A stretch of DNA of 64,000 bases, taken from positions 220,792 through 284,791 of the forward strand of contig NMRA01000289.1 of NCBI GenBank assembly GCA_002633005.1, written 5' to 3'. The notes under the pieces are model-generated. The model was given only the letters and a program-made list of their open reading frames with translations. It made no database searches and was not told where the DNA came from. The position numbers were made by a program, and so were the translations under genes. This document shows positions 50,490 through 62,698 of the stretch, one piece after another (positions within the stretch are counted from its first letter, which is position 1; every line of letters starts with the position of its first letter). The stretch comes from Phoronis australis. Its lineage: Eukaryota; Animalia; Phoronida.

Positions 50490-50817
50490 GTAACGATATA
50501 TTTGATTGTTCTTAGAATTAAATTTTGAAGAGTGTTATAATGGCAGCTCTTTTGAAACCGAGATAAAATTGCAACTGAGCGTAACAACGTTAGAAAGGCA
50601 TTGACTTGTAAATCATGTGTTAACTTATTGCTATGCAGAGAAATTATATCGAAGAAAGTTCATCGGTCAGGTAAAAATCATTTTTATTTAAAAACGTTCA
50701 GCATCCAATCACGCGTTAATGGATTCAGGTGGGTTTTAAAGACGATACATAGACAATGAAACTTTTGTCGTTAACATAGAAAGTTGATTTAGTATAAAAA
50801 TATATTTTACTTTGCAG

Positions 50818-50869
50818 CTGGAAGAAAATGCTACAGACTACAAGACATCGTCTTGTAAAGAGTTTCAAG
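50818..50869 (+). CDS. PAN-OLF copy 3, exon 2 (LEENATDYKTSSCKEFQ-G)
   Basis: TTTGCAG| and G|GTAAGG; 52 nt, homologous to the other copies. Confidence 0.87.
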
Positions 50870-51292
50870 GTAAGGGAAATCATTATTACAATAAAGTACT
50901 TATGTTTTAGCGGCTGTGGAAATAAGCGTCATCAGAGCAAAATTGGGCAACTAGTAAAGGGCAATTTCTTTGACATAGAGACCAACGGTCCATCAAATCA
51001 AACCAACTGTTTCATTGAAAGTCTTGGACTGGTTTTATGAATGCCAATGGGTTACTGGGTATGTCTTTGAAATTTTAAGCACGTCTTTTAGTAATGATTC
51101 AAAATAATATTTTGTGCCGTGGGCAAGGAGATTCTATAAATATAATGTGCATGTAATCAGATATCCTTTGAAGTCTCTGCCCTGTTCTGGTTTTAGTTTT
51201 TCTCTCTTTAAATTTAAGTGATTGCTGAGTAATTTGTAACGTCGTATACTCACATGGTCAAACTGCCACTAAATACTTATTTTCCTTTTCAG

Positions 51293-51485
51293 GATGTAGA
51301 CCGGTCTGGAAGTTTGATAATTACGAACTTATAGTCCAACGGCGCGACACCTATGGATGGTGGGGTAGGGATTGTTGGCCTCACGCTACAGATGATTACT
51401 GGTACGAAATGACACACTACGATACACGACGTAATCTTTACGAATACACTAGTCTGGAGAACTTCAAAAGCGATTATTTCACTGA
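51293..51485 (+). CDS. PAN-OLF copy 3, exon 3
   Basis: TTTTCAG|GA TGT AGA gives GCRPVWKFDNYELIVQRRDTYGWWGRDCWP..; donor GA|GTAAGT; 193 nt. Confidence 0.88.
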
Positions 51486-52609
51486 GTAAGTATTCTGTCT
51501 TTTTCTTCAATTCCTCAAAAAACCAGCCGTATTTTCCCATGTTTTTAAACTCGTTCATACATCATGCAAGTCTGCACGTCTTGTTTGTTGGCAAGCTTCA
51601 TCCAATCTGCTGATTGCAAAGTGATGAATACAAACTAATATAGGTGTCCATTTAACAGTTCTTTGCTTGATTTTGCATTTCACGACAATTTCCTTATCAC
51701 TGCATCTCCTCAGTTTTAAGCTGCCACAGTACGAAAAATGAATGAAACCATAAATTCGGACGCATAACTGTCCTTGCTGGGATATGACTCGATTTCTAGA
51801 CAATTGCATAGCATACTTGCGGAACTTACGTAGAATAAAAATTACTTTTCACTCGACAAATAGTTAGCACGTTCATTTCAATTTTCTTTGTGCGAATAGT
51901 AAGTGGAGTTCATCAACACTCCTGATATTTTATCCTACTCGCTATACCTCTATACTTGTTATGTAACGTTTTACTTCCCGTCTTTCCAGACTGCACATTT
52001 TTTATTTTTACCTTTAGACTGACCAACTCTCCTGAGATTACGTATTTTAATGCTCTCAAAAAAGACAAGTAATAAAAAAGAGATTTTCAACTTCATCATG
52101 TTTCATTGCCTCAACCATCATCATCAGGAAAACAATCAAGGCCCTGTCATCTTACAAAGCTTGACCCACAAAGTGTACAGTAGAGCTACCAGCACGCATC
52201 ATAGCAACAAAACACCAAATGAAAGGCAATTCATAAGACATTGGCAGCCTGCTTATTCAGTTCAGGCTTGAGCCAGGTTTTCCTCGCATCTTATTTCCAG
52301 TAACTTTTTCCTCATGACCTCAGGTTTGAGCTGAAATCATATATGTAATTGTTACATATCCATACCATCGGCGAAAAAGTAACATGCATCTTCTAGGAAC
52401 GATTATGACACGATTTTGGCAAAAAGCAAAAAACTTAATGATTCAATGAAGCGAAATTTTATTTGAAAACTATGCCAGATATTCACTTTATCCAAAACGT
52501 GAACCAGACTAAAAAGTATATTAGATTATTATGGTGATATTAGATAAAGCAGAACAAATATTTGTACCTTCTCGTCATGGTATTTTCATGAACTTATCGT
52601 ATTCTGTAG

Positions 52610-53228
52610 CATAGTTCTACCGTTCTACTGTGATGGCGCGAACCACATTGTCTACAAGCGCTTCTTCTACTGCGGTGGCCACAATACGCCCCAGATCTAT
52701 ACGTATGACCTGGATAAAAGAACCCAGTCGACGACTATTTCACTGAACAGCATTGAAGGAAAACAAGCCGGGTATAGACATAGATGCCACTACCACTGGG
52801 GTGGACACTCCGACATTGACATGGCAAGTGATGAATATGGATTATGGGTAATTTGGGGTGTACACGCGGAATGGTGTAGATTTGCCATAACTAAGCTTGA
52901 TCCTGACACCAAGACCGTCGTCAAAACGTGGTTTGCCCCACAAGGTATTGAACTGGACAAAGTTGACTATGGCAATGCCTTTATGGTATGTGGTAACATG
53001 TACGTCATGAATCATCACCACCATCAGAACACATACATTCGCTGGATCTACTACACCGGAAACTCTTCGTGGGTGGAAATATCTGGAAGTGACTCCAATC
53101 GTATTATTCTTCAAAACAACTGGATCTACAACAATTATTTAAACTACAGTCCACGGGATAACAACTTGTATTCTTGGGAGCATACGCGCCACACCCGGTA
53201 CCTGGCACACTTCAAAGACTGGCCTTAA
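52610..53228 (+). CDS. PAN-OLF copy 3, exon 4 (olfactomedin domain to stop; spliced protein 385 aa)
   Basis: TTCTGTAG|C; LPFYCDGANHIVYKRFFY..YHWGGHSDIDMASDEYGLWVIW..NAFMVCG..LNYSPRD; 619 nt, open. Confidence 0.92.
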
Positions 53229-53419
53229 GAGAACTTAGGAGACACAGATTTAAATTTCATGTGTAATATCATATTTTGGTCCATGAAAAAATGACTCCGT
53301 AGGCCACTTTTCAACTTTTCTACTGTGATCAAAATATTAATGTGACTAACATGGAAGGTGAGTTTATTGTCACATGTAATAGACAATGCATGCATATTAA
53401 ATAGTGATGTGTCTGCGAC

Positions 53420-53530
53420 AACTGGGTCTACACCAATTACTTAAACTACAGCCCACGGGATAACAATTTGTATTTGTGGTAGCATATTTGTTACACACGA
53501 TACCTGGCACATTTCAATAGCTGGTCTTAA
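53420..53530 (+). pseudogene. Orphan 3' end of exon 4 from a further, lost PAN-OLF paralog
   Basis: NWVYTNYLNYSPRDNNLYLW*HICYTRYLAHFNSWS* is fused directly onto the 3'UTR of copy 3. Confidence 0.85.
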
Positions 53531-54597
53531 AACTTATTAGTTGTTTATGGACGATATTGATCTAAGGATTTTGTGCCGGTGAATTTCAAAAATGCCTACA
53601 ATGCAACTCACTTCATTAGTTCCGGTTCTCGGCCGATTTAAGACCACACAGCTATTGTTTAAACAAGTGCATGTCTGTGTCATTTATTTGGAATCGTATG
53701 AACTGCGTTTTCAAAAGGCCATGAGTGATAGTTGAGTGATCCGAATGTTCGGAGCTTTTTGGTAAAAAATACTTCGTTTTTCTTACGTGAATCCATTTTT
53801 ATTTTTCCTCCTATTTTCGCAAAGGTATGCAATTCCAATGATTCCCTTTTGATTCACGAGACCTTCCAGTGCTGCCAGACGCAATCTCGCTTTTACACTT
53901 TTCAGTTCAGGCATGATGTCCAAAAACACAATACTCTGGTAAATGTGAACCCCAAAAATTGCATAGGCTAGCAGTACTGTTATAAACAGTGGATTTTCAA
54001 AGCGAATTTGGCCACTCCGCAAATTTATATTATTAGGCCGAGTCACCTGGCGACAAGGTGAGATCATTCGAATTTTTTTGAGATTCAGCAAGGAATTAGT
54101 CAAAACACTGGGAACTTGAAACGCTTTTCAAAATAATTCAAGTTACGCTTAAAATCGACAAGAAGTAAGCATGAAGTTTAAACTAAATCTGGAAGACAAG
54201 AATAACCTTTCGCAATCCTAGTCTAGCAAGCTCAGAATTTCTTAAACTCATTTCGCACGGGAGGCCAGCGCTAGGTTTCATTCCCAATTAAATGTATATT
54301 ATAGAGAGGTTACTCCTCCAATGAGCTTCGAACGGATTTTTTGGCTCTTTTCTCACATAAGCTCAAAAGATTAGCCCTTTGGTTTTTACACTGCTCTGAT
54401 CAGCGCCATATACCGCTCGCACCGACTATGTCGCAACACGAGTACCATCACAGCCCAGATTAACTTGCCCTGGCTGCAAGCCGCGACCTCGTAGCTTCAG
54501 TGAAACCAATGCACAGAGTGGCAGACTACCGTTAAACAAATTAAAGTGCATGCCAGTGCCTTTTATTTGTTCCGCGCGCTCGTTGTGAGGTCAATAA

Positions 54598-56001
54598 AGG
54601 AGAATGACACCCGATTTAATTAGTTTTTCAGTGTTACCGTCATATACGGTCGATCTCACCTCGCCAAAAGGTGTCGCGTTAACCCGTGATGAACGTGAGT
54701 ACACGACCCAGCGACGTCAGTGGTTCTTCAGTCGACTGTGTGCCACTACGGTGTGGGCGTGTTGTTCTCATGTGTGTGAGCTATGTGTTGCGAGGAAAGC
54801 GGATATATCGCTTTTTTCGATCTCTTCGAAAACCCAAAATGCTTCGAAAGTGTTTCCCGGCAGTAAAGAACGAAACGTACGCCGTTAATACCAAGTATGA
54901 GGTGGTGAAATATCTCCTTGTCTGTGGCCGGAATTGTCATGTTTCAAAATGAATTATTCTCACCCTAATCAATGCTTATATAAACTGAAACAAATTGTCA
55001 AAGTTTGTCCCAGAAGATGCAATTTGCACTGTCTTAGGAGTGTTCGTGCATGCAAATGTTTTGAGAAATCAACAATAAATAAATCCTACTGCGTTATCAG
55101 CTTCAGATGCAAATTGACCGCACTGGGGGCGCATGCTAATTCAGTGCTTGTCGACAGAAAGCTGTTGCGAACCTATAACTCGATTTTGTACGCTATGGTC
55201 AGATGTTAGGGTAATCTTTATTTAGATATACATACGTTATTCAAATCATTGTTATTGTACACCTAGTTTTCCCTGTACTGTTCTGTTGATAGGGAACCTG
55301 GGTTGGCGCGGCCCCCGACAAGTGCGCAGATTTGCAATCTCGCGGTGAATTTACCAAAACATTCACGTGCACATTATTTTTTGTGGTTCATTACTCTATT
55401 CTTTTCGTGACTGGAAGTTTAATTTTCAACTTTCGCAGGCAACTAACCCAGCTGGTTTATGTTCGTAATGTGTATCCAGTCCGGCGGCGACGGACCTGAT
55501 CGGGGTTCCAGTAATCCAGTGCGTTATAACGAGCGTTTTCTGTATAGAACTGAAAAAATCTCAACTCAAAATTATAACACACGGTTATGGTCTCCTGTCC
55601 GTCTGCCTGTATTTTACAGAAAAACAATTATAATTTATCACCGAACAGTAAGTTGGCCTACGGAACTTTATAGGCTACGGTAAGTTCAAAATTTCTATAA
55701 ATCCGTAACAGCAAATAAAACAACTCATTTGTTTAAAAACTCAATGCATTTGTAAGGGTTTTACATTGAATTTTGATGATTTTTTGGTGTAAAACGACGA
55801 ATTCAAGCGATAAGGTGACACCAGTAAGCGCCTTGTGAACTGCTGAGCAGATTGTATTAGAACCTGTGACGTCATTGGTTAACTTCAACACCTCCGTCTG
55901 CCGTCTGGTGTCAAGTAAAGGAACGGAACTTGCTGTTATCTAGTGGAACTACTTAATCTAAATTGATTTAACATACGTTGTTTTTTCGGTGGCATTCACG
56001 T
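54598..56001 (+). mobile_element. Second, internally deleted copy of the Kolobok-like THAP element
   Basis: Colinear with 18866..20864 (GATTTAATTAGTTTTT, GTTTCAAAATGAATTATTCTCACCCTAA, CGCGGCCCCCGACAAGT, GGTGGCATT end). It lacks the part equivalent to about 19205..19875. Termini are degenerate; a THAP-like remnant lies in ORF 54686..54952. Confidence 0.8.
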
Positions 56002-57399
56002 TCAAGGTGTTTAAACCTATCAAAAGATGGCGAGTTCCAGAAAATTCAGTTCTGTCTTCCATGATGCCATATATTGGTTTGGCCAATTTATAGGGGTAGT
56101 GTGAGAAGACGACTGAGCTAGGACTTATGGGAAAATTGCCACTGGGTCGATAATGCGCTGTGTTCAGACAACATTATTGAAATGCGCCATTCGCTTGACG
56201 TAATTAACATATGGGGGTGCAAATATGGTGATGATCGATTGCTATTGATATAAGATTGTTGATGACAGCGAACTACTTAAGCTTATCGATTTTAATAACT
56301 ACCGCTTCAAACAGGTATTGGCCAAATGGAATTCAATGAACTTTAATTATAGGGTAGCAATACCTTCGACGTTGTCGAGGCACGCGCACAATCATTGATT
56401 GAGCGTGAGGTATCCGTCCGAGATTTTAAAGGGGTAACAAACAGGTGCTTAGTGTCAAATACCTTCAAATTTCTATTCAAAGGATAAGATGGCGATGACC
56501 TTGCTTAGGACGGAACAAACACGAGTGTGAAGAAAGTTGGTGTTTTTAACACTAGAGCATGGTTTAAGGTCAATACTGTTCAGGAATTTTTACAACTTAC
56601 GTAATTTCGAGGAAAAGTTAATAGGCAGCAATGCATTTCATGTGGTACCTTGTTTTACTTTAATATTCATTCTATTCGTTTCAGAATGATTATTCGAAAT
56701 AGAAATTCATGTGCCAAACCAAATGTTTTTCTCTAACAATTCTCTGGTCTTACTCATGTGCACCAGAACGTTCGCTTTAAGTATTTTCCTTCATTCTGAC
56801 AATTTGATGGGCAAAATCCGCAATAAATTAATGCGAGACTCGTTTAAATTATTTGTTTTACAGGTGAAAGACAACATTTCTTGGCCACGTCTCTAAATTC
56901 CTCCTACAATCCCCCAAACCCTAGTCTCCGACCAACAAACACCAAACCTACCATACAAATTTTATACCCGCGCGCTCCTTAACTCCCCACATACAGAAAA
57001 TACTCCACACTCAGTGACCAAACCGCATAACCGGGGACCAAACTCGAGTCCCTGGCCATGGGTACGATGAAGCATGTGTGAAGTTTAGGTAGATATATTC
57101 TATATAGAATTCAGATGACAAACGAGGGGATAAAAGTTGCGATCATCATGCGCACTACCCATGTGTGTCTGGAGCAGATCACTTAGTTTTAGTTAAAGAA
57201 GATGTATTTTACAAGAGGGCATAGAATATCTCAGGTTACGGTACAAGTGTTTTTTGTATCAAAAGTTATCCAGAAAGTAACAACATGTACAGTAAATACA
57301 ATTATTCAGTAGCAATTGAATAAATATATTTTTCAGAAAATATTACATAAAGTTCGTCAGAGTCAAAATGTGAAATGTTGAAATTACGTATGCAAAACA

Positions 57400-58842
57400 T
57401 AAGAATATAAAGGGAACACAAACTGAAACAAAAAATGCAAATGATACATTTTAGCAATTGATGGGTCGAACAAGTCACTACAGCAGTCAGTGGATCTCTT
57501 GGACATATTTTATAAGTTTTCGGGACTGAAACATAATATGGACAAAACTCGTTGCATATGGATAGGTGCTAGGAAATGGAGTAACACTCTTTTATGTCCA
57601 GAGGTTAATCTCTATTGTCGTTTTGGTCAATTTACGTTTTGGGGAATATACCGCAGCGTTAATCTATCCGAGATTCCTGGTTTAAATTACACTGGAGAAT
57701 CCAAGAAATTCAAAAAAGATTTGGCGACCTGGTTGAGAAGAATATTAATCCCTCGTCCCAAAATTAGTGTGACAAAATCACTGCTCTTACCAATATCAGT
57801 TCATCTTTTTATGGCTTTGCCATTACCACCAAGAGAAGAAGTTTATTAGAAAGCATGTATTTCAAATTTATTTGGCATGGCAAACCTGGTGAAATTAAAA
57901 GGAAAGACATTGTTCAGAACTTCTTGCATGATGTATGCAAAATGATTCATATTGAATCTTTTTGAAATCACGGAAATTGTCTTGGTTTAGAAAATCATTT
58001 TAATAATAATTATTTAAGTGTGGTTATGATGAGTTTTGGTTCACTTTTATGGTATCAAGAAAGCAATTTTTAAATTAGAAAAAAAGGATCACTGGCAATG
58101 TCTTTTAATGTTAGTCTTCCAAATACGCCAGTTATACTTATAACTTTGGAAAAAAACAAACATATTCTCATTTAATTAATTCTATTTATACAAATCTAAA
58201 AGATGAATATAAGTGGAAACTGGCCTTGGTATTAATGCATCTCCTGATTGGTGGAGAAAAACGTATACTCATTCTTTACAATTTACTAGTGATAATAGAC
58301 TGACATGATTTTAGATTAGTGTCATACATCGGTTAACACCAACAAACTTATTTTTACATAAAAGACTGGAGTTAAAGATGCAGACCTATGTAGATTTTCA
58401 ATTGGAACCGTGATTTAACAAGTTTTTGTTTGGATTTCAGTTGCATCGTAAACAACACCGGAAGCTCGTTAGAGCTTTCAAATATATATACATTTTTTGG
58501 AAAGTGTGGAGGACAAGGCGTAATTAATCTATTTGTATGTCTAGGAAAATTTCGTATTTATCGTCAACGTCTTAAAAACACGACTCCAAATTTGACATAC
58601 TTTAAAAGGAAGACTTTGGGTATTTCAAAACTGAAAAATACTTATTCTACAATAATCTAAAATACGAAGATTTTAATAAAAGATGGGCCACTATGGTACT
58701 TTTATTTTGACTCAGAGACTATTCTTGAGTTGTAAATGGCCCCCACCACAAGTGTGCATGTGCGTATGTATGCGGGTATGAATATTTTCTCTTCATATTT
58801 TGTAAAAAGTATTATGCTTAATAAAAAATAAAAATAGTGTTT
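57400..58842 (+). mobile_element. 5'-truncated, decayed L1/Tx1-like LINE
   Basis: DGS.KSLQQSVDLLDIFYKFSGLKHNMDKTRCIWIG..WLRRIL.P..KISVTKSLLLP, then FKFIWHGK. A-rich tail at about 58820..58836. Flanked by 36-bp direct repeats (57364..57399 and 58851..58886). Confidence 0.8.
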
Positions 58843-59477
58843 GTCAAAGACAAAATGTGAAATGTTCGAATTACGTATACAAAACAGGTCGTAACCCAGT
58901 ACGTTAAAAATCTGACCAAATGGCCTCATTTTCGAGATCTATACCACACTCAAATCCTGATAGTTTTTGTTCGAAAGTAGCCTTGGTTTGGACGTTTGTC
59001 GTAAACATGGTACAGGAATCAGCCGGAAAAGTTATTTTGTGTGACACCTAATAATATTGAGTGTGTCTTAATATGAAATCGTGTGCAATGTATTAATCTA
59101 TTCTGTTCTTGTTGTTCCAGTAAACAAAAACCACAAATACATTTCTCAAAACACAACACCGCGGTTTCTTTTACCATCTTAAATATGTAATTAGGTAAAC
59201 AAACCAATGAACGTGCGTTATCAATTTAGTGGACGGAAGAATAAGAGCGCAATGTTAAATTAGTTTGTTCTCTGCACGGCTACACGTAGTTCTCTGCCAA
59301 GCTAGTGCGAATGCGCAACTCATGCCCAACTCGAAACTGTGGATTCATAAGAGAAGTATACTTATGCAGTCATCGACAACAAGCATTCAGAATCAGCCCA
59401 GAACGCTATGAAAATCGCCAAGTCCTCAATTGTGACGTGGCAAAAGTCTCAAGTTGCATTTCTGAGCCTGTTTTGAG

Positions 59478-59629
59478 CAGTGGCGGATTTAGTGGGAGTG
59501 GCAAAGGGATCTTAGTTCCCCTAAAATTATCCCAAATTCCATTTGGCAGTTCGGTAGTGTCAATAGGGCAAAATCCTGGCTGATACTCTGCCCTGGTCCC
59601 CCTAACTCAAAATCCTGGATCCGCCCAGT
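59478..59629. mobile_element. Short GC-rich MITE-like element (CAGTGGCGGAT...ATCCGCC termini)
   Basis: Imperfect terminal inverted repeats; GC-rich relative to flanks. Confidence 0.45.
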
Positions 59630-60205
59630 CAATCACACGCAAATGTTGGGGAGGTGCACTGGCCTGAAGCATAATTTTCTGTAACACTGCACTATCGTTT
59701 TAAGAGGTTGTATGAGAACTGCGTCATCTTGATCCTCAGCGGTATCCTCTTACCTGTAGGGCGACGTTGAATTCCCACAAATTCCAGCGCCGCAAAATTC
59801 CCGTGTTGTTCTTATGTACATCAGTTTCATTCTTTTCGACCCCCAGTCTTACTAAAATACACGTGCTTGTTTTTGCTTGTGGCGTCACTTTATGAGAGAA
59901 AATAAACAACTAACGTGTTAAAACATCGACTTCACACGGATTAATTTCTTTTCAGAAGTTGTGCGAAAACTGCCTTTGCTCCCCTCCCTTACGTCACGGT
60001 CGCAAGGATCTTGTGGTTCTTGCTTACCTAATCACACAGATACTATTTTTCAACTCGACGCAGGTGACTGGTAGCCGTCAATGTGTTACTTGTTTGATTG
60101 CTTTGCACTTCCTTGCATTAGAATATGCAATGGCTAAGTCACCACAAAGCTCAGCCTCTCAGAGTCACACCGTGGACGTCTCTGGGACGGACATTCCAGC
60201 CTTAA

Positions 60206-60732
60206 GGTTATGTAGGACCTTATCGACAAGTCTGAGTATTTAGCCAAATATATCCAAAGCCACAGAATTTAATTCGGTAAACGCCTATATTTTCTGAAAG
60301 CAGAAATCACTTAGAATTTGACATTTGACTTCATGTCATGCTGTAGCTGATTAAACCACGCGACCATGTCTGTTTTAGTAAAAATTAGTAAAAAGAAAGG
60401 CATATCCATAGCAAACCAACGGTTTCAATAAAATGACCTAATTTCTTTCAATATGAGTGTACAAGATGAAATCTCAAAAAAGCTGTTATATTTTTTAAAT
60501 TATCATTTCGTTTTCATTTTATGCAACTTCTGAGTTAATTTTCATCAAAATCATCAAATCATATTTTTGATAGCTCCTCATACAAAAGTGGAAATTCTTA
60601 AAAACAAACCCTTGAGGCGATTTGGATAACATGGCATCTGAAAGTTTCATATGAATCCGACCAGCCCTTTCTTAATCATGGTGCTCCGAATTTTGCCACA
60701 ATTTGGCCATTTTTCTAGACTCCTAGGTAACC
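60206..60732. mobile_element. Possible TTAA-targeting (Kolobok-type) MITE
   Basis: TTAA|GGTTATGTAGGA ... TCCTAGGTAACC|TAAA: a 10/12 TIR with a degenerate right TSD. Confidence 0.4.
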
Positions 60733-62104
60733 TAAAGCTCGGCTGAAGTCTCAAAACGCTTACAATATTAACCAAGAAATCATCAAGTCAAACACGACTA
60801 CATCTTACACCTGGTTGCAAAAGAATGAAGGTGTGCTACTTGTTTATTGCTGTGCACTTTGCTTTCGTTTGTTTGCTCCCGAAGAAGTACGACGGGAAAA
60901 ACTCGCTGTGATCGTTATTTATCGCCTCTCGGATGAAGTTGTTCTGCACATAATCTTCACAAACATTATGCTGGTGCCGTTACAACATTTGTCAGTAGGC
61001 TTTCTAAGACGATCTCGTGTAATCTCCTAGCTGCTCTTCACTTGCAACAAAATCCGGCCTTGTCGGCGTTGTCAGATCACAGACACTCACACAAGAATGA
61101 AGGGACAACTCAGAATTGTTCGAAATCGATTACATGTCAAAGTACTAAATGACAGAAAAATATTTTCAACACATGTTCTGAGCAAATTGTCCCATTTGCA
61201 CAATCTACTCACAACACAAAGTTGATCAAGTCCGGTTGCGACGGTTCGAGTCGCGCGGCGAAACACTCAGGCCACGGAAGCGAGACCATTCCTTGCACCG
61301 AACCGGCAACTTCACACATTTACGCAAAATACTTATATGACTTCCACTCAAAGTTATTCGTCGTGGTGCATTTCATATGTACTTTTCAATAGCCCATAGA
61401 GTCCATGGAAAGGGGACTTTGAATGCCGCAGCTAAAGCCAACTTTGTATTCTTTAAGTGCATGGTAGATATTAACTAAGGGTTCCGATCCGCCATAATTG
61501 TTATGTTACCTTCCCTAGGTTAGTCAGTGACCGGAGTGAAGTAGACTCAGTTACTCAGAAAACCGGCACGGTACTTTCTTGCCGTCACTCTTGCCACACA
61601 GAATACATTTTATTATTTTTAACACAATAGGAAAAATCACAGCTTAGCTGAGCTCGAGCTGGATGACGAATATTGAATTTCGGGCAGAGAAATGAACAAA
61701 AGCATTTCCGGTATAATTGGGATGAACGCCAGCTACGGAAAGATGAGTGTGTTTTTAAACTGTTCATATTTTTGTAAAGAAGGTATTGAGCAATTGTGCT
61801 TCATCTATAAAATTTGCAAATCTAGGAATATAACTATTTGTTCAATAACATAACCTTTCATTTCAAGTACTCAAAAATGTTTTGAGAAGGCCTACGCCGA
61901 TTGATAATGAAAGTCGGTAAGTGACACTTTAATTGCAGATGTGGTTGGGTGCACTGATCTGTCGATTTGAACTGGATACGTCCCAAGGTGCCACCGCACG
62001 GGGTGTTAATTGATTTTTCAACGATCTCTATATAATCAAACAAAATAGATATCGTCCCCATAGCTTCAATAATTAGGGCTCTGTCGTACACTTCGATCTT
62101 GGCG

Positions 62105-62398
62105 ATGTTTTCTTACTCGATTTTTATAGTTTTAATTGCCTTGGTTCATCATTCTGTTGGGAATACTTACACACAACATGAAAAATGTTCCAAAGACGCT
62201 GCAGTTTCAACAGGTGCCATCTCCAAACACCAAGTAACGAACATTCAGACGTGTCAGAAACTATGCGACGACAATACCAACTGCGCTGGGTTTAATTATG
62301 AAGTTCGCAGGAAGGCAAAGTGCGTGCTGAACTCGGAAGTGGCCGGAAACGGTGGGACGCGACTATCTTATAAACCGTCTTACACTTACGTAGAGAAG
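62105..62398 (+). CDS. PAN-OLF copy 4, exon 1 (gene continues beyond the window)
   Basis: MFSYSIFIVLIALVHHSVG leader; CQKLCDDNTNCAGFNYEVRRKAKCVLNS; donor AAG|GTATTC; 294 nt. Confidence 0.88.
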
Positions 62399-62646
62399 GT
62401 ATTCAGCACATGAATTACATTCCTAAGTTTGTAGTAAATTGATTTAATCATAAAACCGTTCTTTATTGCTTACATGCCATAACTGTGATTATGAAAGGGC
62501 ATCATCTCTATTTTTGCTAATCAGCAATCAAATTTAGATTATTTTTCAAAGTAAAAATTTCATATGTATTTTATTGTTGGGTTGAAAATACAAAAAATGT
62601 TAATCAACACGATTGAAAGTAATTTTGGACTACGTTTACTTTACAG

Positions 62647-62698
62647 GTAAAAGAAAATTCCACGACGTTCGAGACGACGTCATGCAAAAACTTTTCAG
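62647..62698 (+). CDS. PAN-OLF copy 4, exon 2 (VKENSTTFETTSCKNFS-G)
   Basis: CTTTACAG| and G|GTAAGC; 52 nt. Exons 3-4 were not seen before position 64000. Confidence 0.85.

Larger units (their letters stand above)
46407..50498. repeat. About 2.05-kb near-identical tandem duplication joined at a single N (probable uncollapsed haplotypes)
   Basis: 46407..48460 versus 48462..50498. Both start GATTTCCACAAAAGAGTGC and end GAGAAGGTAACGATA. The only N seen in the window is at 48461. Confidence 0.9.

Noticed and set aside
50911-51058. Possible extra exon in intron 2 of copy 3 (AG at 50910, GT at 51059)
   Set aside because: It would need a 41-nt intron, the phase-compatible frames hit stops, and it is absent from copy 1.
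56855-56896. TTTTACAG|GTGAAAGACAAC resembling the start of a PAN-OLF exon 2
   Set aside because: Similarity lasts only about 4 codons and no exon 1 is recognisable upstream. Too weak to call.
61225-61300. GGTTCGAGTC B-box-like motif suggesting a tRNA
   Set aside because: No cloverleaf or acceptor stem could be built.
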